From: a virus
Lineage: Duplodnaviria; Heunggongvirae; Uroviricota; Caudoviricetes
DNA: 22,154 bases
Virus record (IMG/VR): IMGVR_UViG_2540341091_000004
Direction: 5' to 3' (one strand)
Within the stretch, counting starts at the first letter, position 1; each line of letters begins with the position of its first letter. The notes below the pieces were generated by a model, which searched no databases, had not been told where the DNA came from, and worked only from the letters and a program-made list of their open reading frames with translations. Positions 8,063 to 15,375 of this stretch are shown here, piece after piece. The position numbers and the translations under genes were made by a program.

Positions 8063-8372
8063 TTCTTCCCGGCAGTTTTCCTTTGTAGGTTATCCACACA
8101 CTCTGCGCCTCTAAAATTATGGGGCGCTTTTCCGGCGACTGCTCATCCCCTCCACATAACCCGGCAGCAACATCCAGGAAGACCTGTCTGATGCTCCTTC
8201 TGGCTGCTGCCTCATAAAACTCCAGCGCGGCACCTTCAACACGGTCCAGCGAGATGTCCAGGTCAAAAATTTCACCGTCAAAGCGTTCTTTGTCCTGTAA
8301 TGCTAAAGTTACCGTAACTTTATTCTCAAAATTGCGGATCCCTTTCACAATCATTTCATAGTTTTGGACCAT
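8028..8372 (-). CDS. Hypothetical protein between holin and endolysin (possibly DUF1327 / YdfR-like)
   Basis: 114-aa ORF, ATG 8372 with GGAG RBS, directly after the holin stop. Position matches ydfR in the Qin lysis cassette; family assignment is from memory only. Confidence 0.45.
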   Translation of the reverse strand: MVQNYEMIVKGIRNFENKVTVTLALQDKERFDGEIFDLDISLDRVEGAALEFYEAAARRSIRQVFLDVAAGLCGGDEQSPEKRPIILEAQSVWITYKGKLPGRITGSLKTPPKW

Positions 8373-8376
8373 TATA

Positions 8377-8592
8377 TTACTCTCCTCTCGCAGCCTTTCT
8401 TCTGTCTTCTCTGATTTTGAAGTACAGATTCGTCAGATAAGTCAGAAAGCCCAGAACCAGACTTCCCAGTACACCAATCGCAGCCCACTGAGACGGACTA
8501 ACCTGATCAAGCCATTGTAAAAACCAGTAGCCAGCACTGCCTGCGGAGGTGCCGTAGGCAATGCCTGTTGATATTTTTTCCATCTGATACAT
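8377..8592 (-). CDS. Pinholin (phage-21 S-type class II holin) with dual-start motif
   Basis: [71 protein letters not shown] matches S21 pinholin; Met1/Met4 give the antiholin/holin dual start. The ORF-track start at 8664 is an upstream extension. Confidence 0.85.
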   Translation of the reverse strand: MYQMEKISTGIAYGTSAGSAGYWFLQWLDQVSPSQWAAIGVLGSLVLGFLTYLTNLYFKIREDRRKAARGE

Positions 8593-8621
8593 ATCCCGCC
8601 CCAACAGACCTGTGCTACCGG

Positions 8622-8657
8622 AAAGAAAAAAGGCCATCAGCAAAACTCTGATGGCCT
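8622..8657 (-). terminator. Intrinsic terminator just upstream of the holin (tR'-like position)
   Basis: 10-bp stem AGGCCATCAG/CTGATGGCCT (8631-8640/8648-8657) with 7-nt loop, followed on the minus strand by TTTTTCTTTC. Confidence 0.45.
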
Positions 8658-8701
8658 GAATCACCTTTACCAGTCATGTATGAAAAAATACGCACAACCA
8701 A

Positions 8702-8731
8702 TTGACAATAATTATCATTTTCATTAAAAAT
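8702..8731 (+). promoter_or_regulatory. Candidate sigma70 promoter (TTGACA, 17 bp spacer, TAAAAA)
   Basis: Consensus -35 TTGACA at 8702-8707, A/T-rich -10-like hexamer at 8725-8730. The -10 is imperfect and the -35 is near-palindromic, so strand is uncertain. Confidence 0.25.
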
Positions 8732-8764
8732 ACCGCGTAACATTCTTATTTCATGAAGAACCAT

Positions 8765-8831
8765 ACCCGCCAGCAACCTGAGTAGCAAAAGCTGTTCATC
8801 CCCCATATTTTTGCTGGCGGGTTCTTTTTTC
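8765..8831 (+). terminator. Plus-strand intrinsic terminator (12-bp stem, long loop, T-run)
   Basis: ACCCGCCAGCAA (8765-8776) pairs perfectly with TTGCTGGCGGGT (8811-8822), followed by TCTTTTTTC. Confidence 0.45.
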
Positions 8832-9057
8832 TACTGCCCTCCTCCCCAGGAAAAGCATTTCATTCTTTTCTCATTAATCGTTACTGGAGAGAAGGCGGGA
8901 AAAAGCCAGCTCTTTGGCCCTAAATAACAGCATGGCTTCAGTCCATACAGAATCTGATTTTCCAGCTCACATAATAACCAGATGATGCAGTTGCAAAATC
9001 TGGCAACATCGGATTATTATGCGCCTGTGAAAATTTCTTCACGTTTTATTCCTTGCC

Positions 9058-9085
9058 GCCCGTGCCTCCCAGCGCGGGCTTTTTT
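9058..9085 (+). terminator. Plus-strand intrinsic terminator
   Basis: 8-bp stem GCCCGTGC/GCGCGGGC (one G-U pair), 6-nt loop, then TTTTTT. A second perfect hairpin TACCCCTC-cgga-GAGGGGTA follows at 9097-9116. Confidence 0.45.
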
Positions 9086-9404
9086 ATCCAAAAAATACCC
9101 CTCCGGAGAGGGGTATCATACAAGGGGATGACCATGATGCATGGTGCCGGGTGCCTCCCGGTGAGTCCGGCATCAGCATACGAACCCGCGATTATCCCAG
9201 AACTGACTGCTGATTCGCCCCGCCGCTTAGGGGGATTCACCATGCGTTTTTTTATTTACAAACTCTTCGCCAGACAAACAACCATTAACTGGCTGAATTG
9301 TGAGGTATTTCAATTTTTAGAAAACTGACCAACCTCCGCTTATACGCCGGGCATGGAGCGGATACAAAAAAGCCCCGCAAAAGCAGATCAGAAGGATTCG
9401 TTGT

Positions 9405-9443
9405 AAAAAAAAAGCTGTCAGATTATCGCGCTAATCTGACAGC
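9405..9443 (-). terminator. Strong minus-strand intrinsic terminator downstream of the methyltransferase gene
   Basis: Perfect 12-bp stem GCTGTCAGATTA/TAATCTGACAGC with 6-nt loop; on the minus strand it is followed by nine T. Confidence 0.6.
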
Positions 9444-9685
9444 TACAGCAGGTATCCAAAAACATGGGTGGAAACAATAAGTGAGTTAAGAAGACACGGT
9501 GTCGGATTTTTACCGATGAGCCGTTGGCGTGGTCAACCGTGACTCGCTTGTATCAACGATGAATTAATGAAGCCAATCCTTTGCAGGCTATGTACAACCC
9601 ACCACATCAGCCCTGCTGCATTGCAGGATACACTGTATCTGTAATCATTATACGGCACAGACATCCCACCAATAATTGAATTAAT

Positions 9686-10777
9686 TCACAAAATTGTATT
9701 TGCTGATAACATACTGATTTCCTGGATGGTCTGATTAAACCGCTCTGTCTCAAGCTCAACACCTAACGCCCGACGCCCCAGCGCCATTGCTGCTTTTATT
9801 GTGGAACCGGATCCCATAAAGAAATCAGCAACCAGATCGCCGGGTCGACTACTGGCATTGATTATTTGCCTGAGCATATCCGCCGGTTTCTCACACGGAT
9901 GTTTACCCGGGTAGAACTGAACGGGTTTATGCATCCAGACATCGGTATAAGGCACGGAGACTGATACGGAGAAATAGCGCCGGAGAGATTTAAACTCATC
10001 CAGCAATTCAGAATATTTGCGATTCAGTGAATCATAAGATGCCACCAACTGGTGGTGTGGTTGTTCCAGTTGTTGTTCCTGAAACTTCTCTGCCGCTATA
10101 CGGGAAAACAGTGCCTGTAACTTCCGGTAGTCAGCCTCATTCGGCAACTGCCACTGACTGGCACCAAACCAGTGGGAAACCATATTTTTCTTACCTGTGG
10201 CTTCGGCAATTTGTTTTGCCGTTATACCCAGTTCGGCACGAGCATCCCTGAAATACGATATCAGCGGTGCCATTATGTGCTGTTTGAGTTCCCTTTCTTT
10301 TGCCGCATAGCCGTCACTTTTGCCGCGATATGGCCCCTGGTAATGTTCAGCAAACAGAACGCGCTCTGTGGCAGGAAAATATGCGCGCAGACTTTCTTTA
10401 TTACACCCATTCCAACGTCCGGACGGCTTCGCCCAGATGATATGGTTAAGCACGTTGAAACGTTCACGCATCATGATCTCAATATCAGATGCCAGGCGAT
10501 GCCCACAGAACAGGTAAAGGCTTCCGGCTGGTTTCAGTACCCGCCAGAACTGGGCCAGACAGTGGTCCAGCCACTTCAGGTAATCTTCGTCCCCTTTCCA
10601 CTGATTGTCCCAGCCGTTGGGCTTCACTTTGAAGTACGGCGGATCGGTAACAATCAGATCAATGGAGTTATCAGGCAGGGACTGAATAAAATGCAGGCAA
10701 TCAGCGTTGATTAAATCAACACTGTTTATTTTTACAGTATTTTCATGGATCAGTAAGCGTAACTCTGGTAGGCTCAC
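9686..10777 (-). CDS. Orphan DNA methyltransferase, beta class (N6-adenine or N4-cytosine)
   Basis: Motif IV DPPY (IVTDPPYFKV) near the N-terminus and motif I FxGxG (FFMGSGST) near the C-terminus; architecture like YhdJ-type enzymes. GTG start at 10777 with weak RBS. No adjacent restriction endonuclease recognised. Confidence 0.85.
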   Translation of the reverse strand: MSLPELRLLIHENTVKINSVDLINADCLHFIQSLPDNSIDLIVTDPPYFKVKPNGWDNQWKGDEDYLKWLDHCLAQFWRVLKPAGSLYLFCGHRLASDIEIMMRERFNVLNHIIWAKPSGRWNGCNKESLRAYFPATERVLFAEHYQGPYRGKSDGYAAKERELKQHIMAPLISYFRDARAELGITAKQIAEATGKKNMVSHWFGASQWQLPNEADYRKLQALFSRIAAEKFQEQQLEQPHHQLVASYDSLNRKYSELLDEFKSLRRYFSVSVSVPYTDVWMHKPVQFYPGKHPCEKPADMLRQIINASSRPGDLVADFFMGSGSTIKAAMALGRRALGVELETERFNQTIQEISMLSANTIL

Positions 10778-10896
10778 TCTGCTTTTGCGCTAAAGCAGTG
10801 GGCCGTGGTTCGCTTGTGACAAGTAAGCATGAGCGAATGGCTGGCAGGTGCTACCAACACCCACCAGCCGCCCATTTTCACAGCAGGAAACCGCCA

Positions 10897-11100
10897 TTAC
10901 TGGCAGCGTCTGAATTTATTCCCGTACCCGCCGTTATCCTTCGCCAGACCCGCCAGAACTAACTGAGTCAGTATTAACTGGCACCGGGCTTCGCTTACTC
11001 CGGTAGTTCTCGTCATCATGCGTGGCGTTACCCACTTGTCAGCAGGTAAGAAATGAAGGACTGCGGCGGCGGTTTCTGTCATATCTTGCTGTTTTAGCAT
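10897..11100 (-). CDS. Small basic protein (67-75 aa), possible winged-helix DNA-binding protein
   Basis: ORF 10897-11124; start more likely ATG 11100 (AAGGG upstream) than 11124. TPRMMTRTTGVSEARCQLILTQLVLAGL resembles an HTH; no family recognised. Confidence 0.35.
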   Translation of the reverse strand: MLKQQDMTETAAAVLHFLPADKWVTPRMMTRTTGVSEARCQLILTQLVLAGLAKDNGGYGNKFRRCQ

Positions 11101-11419
11101 GTCTTTTTCCCTTCTGGTTAACATGACATACCAATAACTCTTGTCTAAAAAGCCAGCAAGATAAAAAGTCAGTATTCACGACCACCAGCGTGTTTACTGT
11201 GCTGCACCAAGTTTACAGGTACAAAAAAACCGCTCAGCGGCGGGTTTAAGTTGTGTGGCGAAGTAACCACTCTTAACACAGTAATCTAGAAAATGCGGAC
11301 CGCGTTAGTGATTTTTATCTGTTTTTCCATTATTTTTTTGCCACACAGCTTAAAACGAAAAATAAAGCAGGCGTTGCCAAACCTCACGGTGACAGTTGGC
11401 TTAGAATGAGGACATATTT

Positions 11420-12439
11420 TTGGATAAGTTTGATGAGATTCATGTAGACATTGAATCTGAGCAGCAAGCCTTCGATTTGCTTGAAAGCTATCTTGATGGT
11501 TATGGTTTACCTGACAGTTTAAGTTTCAACGGATGGCCAAACCTTACCATCAGATTAACCGGTGAAAAATTCAACAGATCGCTAACACCTTCAGTTATGA
11601 AGGGATTTGTTGAAATGCAAGCTCAAATCAACAAATCATATGCCCTTGCCAAGTACGGTGTCCCTGACGTCCGCAAACTGACCAAAGAAGAACTTGATGC
11701 CCTAGAAATAGAAGTTACGGTAGAACAGGGTTCTTCAATAGTAGAAATCAACATTGATGGCTTTTTAACCAAACTCACACAGGAACTTGTTGGTAAAATG
11801 AACGCAACTGAGATCATGTTTACTGTTCTCGGCGCAGCAGTCATCTGGGGCGGAGTAACAGTATTTAAACGGTTCTTGGACAACCGTAAAGATATTCGCC
11901 TTGCAGAAATTGCTAAGGATGGAGAGAAAGAACATCTCCGGACTATGCAGATCATGAGCGAGCAAGAAACTAAACGCCTGCGGGTTATTTCAGAAATGAT
12001 TGCGGAAAAACCACTTCTCGATAACATGGACCGTATGTCGTATGACGCTAAAACCCAAATGGTCAAATCCTTTGTGCGTTCAGATAACGCTCAAATTGAT
12101 GGCGTTACTATTGATTCTGAAATGGCGAAAGAGTTGGTTACGAATGCTCGTAGACGTTCATCAGAAATGAGGATTGATGGTATTTACCGAATTGAAGAAG
12201 TCAATAATACTGACCCAGAGAGTTTCAAAGTTAAGGTCCGACGCGTAGATACCGACCAACGTCTAACCTGCGTAGTTCAGGATGTTTTCCTTGATGAATC
12301 CGGAAACAAAGAAGCATTGCAGCGAGCTGAGTGGGAAAGAAAGCCTGTACATTTGAGCATTAACGCAAAACACGTCGATGGTGACATTAAGTCAGCAGTA
12401 ATTCTCTATGTTCGAGATGTGGAACAAAAGCCCGAGTAA
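11420..12439 (+). CDS. Membrane-anchored protein of unknown function (339 aa, single predicted TM helix); moron at the Q-lysis locus
   Basis: Only long plus-strand ORF in a minus-strand block; TTG start at 11420 with GAGGA 7 nt upstream; lower G+C than flanks by eye; hydrophobic segment IMFTVLGAAVIWGGVTVF at about aa 132-150; no recognisable catalytic motif. Confidence 0.6.
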   Translation: MDKFDEIHVDIESEQQAFDLLESYLDGYGLPDSLSFNGWPNLTIRLTGEKFNRSLTPSVMKGFVEMQAQINKSYALAKYGVPDVRKLTKEELDALEIEVTVEQGSSIVEINIDGFLTKLTQELVGKMNATEIMFTVLGAAVIWGGVTVFKRFLDNRKDIRLAEIAKDGEKEHLRTMQIMSEQETKRLRVISEMIAEKPLLDNMDRMSYDAKTQMVKSFVRSDNAQIDGVTIDSEMAKELVTNARRRSSEMRIDGIYRIEEVNNTDPESFKVKVRRVDTDQRLTCVVQDVFLDESGNKEALQRAEWERKPVHLSINAKHVDGDIKSAVILYVRDVEQKPE

Positions 12440-12448
12440 TCGGGCTTC
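12429..12448. terminator. Hairpin between convergent genes (339-aa ORF and Q)
   Basis: 8-bp stem AAGCCCGA/TCGGGCTT with GTAA loop, spanning the stop of the plus-strand ORF; A/T-rich flanks on both sides. Confidence 0.35.
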
Positions 12449-12453
12449 AATAA

Positions 12454-12831
12454 TCAATCTTTAATTTCGGGGTCCATCTCTAGACTAATTTCCAGCATCG
12501 ATAGGCAGCCATCAATAAACCCCTCAGCCATCTGTATCTCAATGCGTATTAGTTTCTCATCCTTTTTACGAGCCTTGGCGAGCTTTCTTTTAGAGATACC
12601 GTATAGGTAATGGGCAACAAGAAGCGAATGTTCGTCCGGCCTTTTTTGCCTTAGACGAGCAAGACAACCTTCAATAATTAATGCATCACTATCTGAACAT
12701 GCCTGACGTGTTTTGCTTGTATAGGGAAGAAGCCCTTTAAACCCAGCAGCTATAGGAGAATAGTCTACTCCTGAACTATCACTCGCCGCCCATGCTCCCC
12801 AACGATCCAGAACCATTTGAATATCACGCAT
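12454..12831 (-). CDS. Late-gene antiterminator Q (QuuD / phage-82-type Q family)
   Basis: MRDIQMVLDRWGAWAASDSSGVDYSPIAAGFKGLLP... closely follows the DLP12 QuuD pattern as I recall it (MRDIQMVLERWGAWAA...). Start taken at ATG 12831. Confidence 0.8.
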   Translation of the reverse strand: MRDIQMVLDRWGAWAASDSSGVDYSPIAAGFKGLLPYTSKTRQACSDSDALIIEGCLARLRQKRPDEHSLLVAHYLYGISKRKLAKARKKDEKLIRIEIQMAEGFIDGCLSMLEISLEMDPEIKD

Positions 12832-12848
12832 CAACTTTCTCCACAAAA

Positions 12849-13844
12849 TCAGGCCAGCACGCCAATTGCCAGCGCACGATCGATAAAACGAAATATCAGC
12901 TCCAGCTGGGAGCCATACTTCTCTTCAAATGCCACGGTATCCGCATGCAGCTCGTCGTGATGCTTTCTGCACAAAGGCAACACAAAGAGGTCATGCGCTT
13001 TTGTACCCATTCCCCCCTGACCGTGGCCTATCAGGTGGTGGGGATCATCAGCAGGCTTTCCACAACATGCACACGGCTGTGTCTTAACCCAGCGCGTGTA
13101 CTTTTCATTAACCCAGCGGCGACGTTTTGGGCGTAACATAAAAGACTCCGGCGACTCCGGATCCACTTTCAGCGCCAGCACCTTTTTCGCCTTATCCTGG
13201 ATGATGCTGGTGGCAGGAACCGAAGGCACAAGGTCACTTTCCCGGGTGACAGACGGCACAACAGGCTTCGGTAATCTCAGTGCCTTACGGGCTGCACTTT
13301 CCGGTAAGGCATCCGCCAGGTCATTACGAATCAGCCACCAGCACAGTTCCGGCATTGTCACAACGTGACTGTCATCAAAACCGAGATCCCGACGCACAAC
13401 AGACAACACCCAGCGGGCACAGTTATCCGTTGCCATTGATTCCAGCCGTTCCGTGAACTGATCGCGCAGCTGGTTATCGCAGTGCCAGCACAGACGGATT
13501 GCGCCCGGCGCGTGTCGCATTGTTGTCATGTTCTCGCTGTGCCAGTCGGAATGAGGCCACTGGCAGCCTTTTTCACGAAGTAACCAGCTTTCAAGACATT
13601 CCACGCCACCAGCACGACGGATCACTGCCTCATTGCGGAACACGGCCCGAACGACAGGATCATCCGCCAGCGGTTGTGATGCCGCCGGAACGGCACCACT
13701 GGCAAAAGATGAATAACGTTCCGGCTCAGGCTCCAGCAGGACACGCCCCTGCATAAACAGGGGCATCAGCTCTGAACCAGGTCTGAACAATACGATCCCC
13801 ATACGCGGGGCAATTTCAGGGGTCAGTAGTGCTCTCACAGTCAC
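12849..13844 (-). CDS. DUF968-like protein with HNH-like Cys/His motif (YdfU-like)
   Basis: C-terminal CACCGKPADDPHHLIGHGQGGMGTKAHDLFVLPLCRKHHDELH; GTG start at 13844 one nt after the upstream stop. Confidence 0.65.
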   Translation of the reverse strand: MTVRALLTPEIAPRMGIVLFRPGSELMPLFMQGRVLLEPEPERYSSFASGAVPAASQPLADDPVVRAVFRNEAVIRRAGGVECLESWLLREKGCQWPHSDWHSENMTTMRHAPGAIRLCWHCDNQLRDQFTERLESMATDNCARWVLSVVRRDLGFDDSHVVTMPELCWWLIRNDLADALPESAARKALRLPKPVVPSVTRESDLVPSVPATSIIQDKAKKVLALKVDPESPESFMLRPKRRRWVNEKYTRWVKTQPCACCGKPADDPHHLIGHGQGGMGTKAHDLFVLPLCRKHHDELHADTVAFEEKYGSQLELIFRFIDRALAIGVLA

Positions 13845-13845
13845 C

Positions 13846-14643
13846 TCAATGAACGGTATCGAGCAGCTTTAACAGCTCAGGGAATCGGGATTCGAAGAAA
13901 TGCGGCTGCGTCTCGCGCGGATTTGCAGGACTGGTGATGTTCTTGCCGAACATGCAGCCTTTCGCTGTCAGCGACCAGAATTTTTTGATGTTGTTAATCG
14001 CGGTACGGCTGTATCGTTCGCGCTGCTCGACGATCCCCAGCTTCACCATCTGGTGATATGCCTGATTAGCTGTCAGGCGGATACCATACTGCTTCAGCAG
14101 TGCACTCAGTGACAGTGTCGGGCGACTTGAGCCATCGTGTGCATCAGCAGGAGCATCAATGGCATAGCGCGGTGCCAGATTCGGTAAGCCAACAGCCTCC
14201 TGGAGTTTCTGACAGGCACCAAGCACTGAAGAGTTAGACAGGTTTAACTCCCGGCGCATAAAGTCCAGCAGGATCACGCCAGCCTGCATCTTGTCAGCAG
14301 CCTGTCCGGATAATTTTTCCGGTGCGCTGGTTACCATATCGAAAGTACGGATCACCTTCAGATGGAATGACGGGCTGATCCACATTGCATAGGCATACAC
14401 CAGTTCTTTGCAGACATACGTCCCCTGGTTATTTCCGCCACGAATAACGTTAACTGGCTCTATATTGACCGAGTTGCAAATCTGCAACTCGCTTATTAAA
14501 CGTTCAGTTTGCTCATTGCGGAGCCAGAATGCAGGCTTATGCTTATCCAGAGAACCGGCAGCCCTGTGCAGATCGTTCAGGCTGTAACGACCATAAGCAT
14601 CACGACGAACTTCAATACCATCAATGACCATCAGATTATTCAT
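13846..14643 (-). CDS. KilA-N domain protein (phage antirepressor-like)
   Basis: N-terminal MNNLMVIDGIEVRRDAYGRYSLNDLHRAAG...KPAFWLRNEQTERLISEL looks like KilA-N; strong AGGAG RBS before ATG 14643. Confidence 0.7.
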   Translation of the reverse strand: MNNLMVIDGIEVRRDAYGRYSLNDLHRAAGSLDKHKPAFWLRNEQTERLISELQICNSVNIEPVNVIRGGNNQGTYVCKELVYAYAMWISPSFHLKVIRTFDMVTSAPEKLSGQAADKMQAGVILLDFMRRELNLSNSSVLGACQKLQEAVGLPNLAPRYAIDAPADAHDGSSRPTLSLSALLKQYGIRLTANQAYHQMVKLGIVEQRERYSRTAINNIKKFWSLTAKGCMFGKNITSPANPRETQPHFFESRFPELLKLLDTVH

Positions 14644-14662
14644 ACTTCGTTTCTCCTCTTAA

Positions 14663-15052
14663 TCAGGCGGCTGCACCCGCCGGTTTCTCGTACTTACTGA
14701 TAGTGATCTCGACCTTCCCTTCCGGGATAACCGGTCCCCACTCCACCAGCATTCTTTTCACCTGACTGTCGTCTTCCCACACACCCGCATGGGTCAGGGC
14801 GTCAAACAGCGCCTTGTTATAGTTGTCCAGATCGCGGATCCGGTTATCCGGAGGAAACAACACGATCTCCACTGAAGCAGGTGCCGACGTTGGTTTCGGC
14901 AGACGACGTAACTGCTCAACTATTGCTGCGCACGCCGCGCTCTGGAATTTGCGCCCCGCTGCGCTTATCAGACTCTTACCAGCAAACGCCCCTTTGTTGG
15001 GGTGTCGCCTGTACGTGTTCACGCTGGGAGGGAAAGGCAAGATCAGCTTCAT
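14663..15052 (-). CDS. rusA: RusA-family Holliday-junction resolvase
   Basis: LPFPPSVNTYRR...RDLDNYNKALFDALTHAGVWEDDSQV matches the RusA signature (LPxPPSxNxYxR ... RDLDNxxKAxxDALTxAGxWxDDxQV). Confidence 0.8.
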   Translation of the reverse strand: MKLILPFPPSVNTYRRHPNKGAFAGKSLISAAGRKFQSAACAAIVEQLRRLPKPTSAPASVEIVLFPPDNRIRDLDNYNKALFDALTHAGVWEDDSQVKRMLVEWGPVIPEGKVEITISKYEKPAGAAA

Positions 15053-15375
15053 ACTTTCAGGCCCCTCTCATGTAACCAGTGGGCTGCACGCAGCCTGGCG
15101 TTTTCCTCACCGGCAAGCAGTGCGCGGATAATCCCGACCGCCTCGCTGTCGTCGTCCTTCACCGCGGTATGAAGAGTTATCCCCCGGGCCACGCCACGCT
15201 TTATCGTGATGACGCTTTTTTTCTCCAGTGCGCGAAGATGCTCCACCGCTGCATTCACCGAACGGTATCCCAGCATGGTTGCCACCTCCTGATTGGTTGG
15301 CGGAAAGCCACGTTCTTGCTGGTAAGAAATCAGCATATCCAGCACCTGCTGCTGGCATTGAGTTAACGTCGTCAT
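15049..15375 (-). CDS. LexA DNA-binding-domain-only protein (108 aa; no S24 peptidase domain)
   Basis: LTQCQQQVLDMLISYQQERGFPPTNQEVATMLGYRSVNAAVEHLRALEKKSVITIKRGVARGITL aligns by eye with the LexA N-terminus ([65 protein letters not shown]); the protein ends about 40 aa later. Confidence 0.7.
   Translation of the reverse strand: MTTLTQCQQQVLDMLISYQQERGFPPTNQEVATMLGYRSVNAAVEHLRALEKKSVITIKRGVARGITLHTAVKDDDSEAVGIIRALLAGEENARLRAAHWLHERGLKV

Noticed and set aside
7765-8097. Minus-strand 110-aa ORF overlapping the 7790-8062 plus-strand ORF
   Set aside because: Cys-rich implausible composition, no RBS; the plus-strand alternative has a strong RBS and sensible composition, so the minus-strand frame was judged spurious.
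9046-9328. ORFs of 65 and 91 aa in the spacer
   Set aside because: They span intrinsic terminator hairpins, lack RBS, and have Pro/Gly/Arg-rich GC-artefact composition.
8665-9685. Possible tRNA genes or a decayed Q gene in the long spacer upstream of the holin
   Set aside because: No T-loop (GTTCGAATC-like) or D-loop signatures seen by eye and no ORF over 65 aa on the late strand; reported only as a hairpin-rich non-coding spacer.
11222-11245. Minus-strand hairpin CCGC-tga-GCGG followed by T7, considered as a tR'-like terminator marking pR'
   Set aside because: The stem is only 4 bp and no convincing -35/-10 pair was found upstream; left as an open question rather than a called feature.
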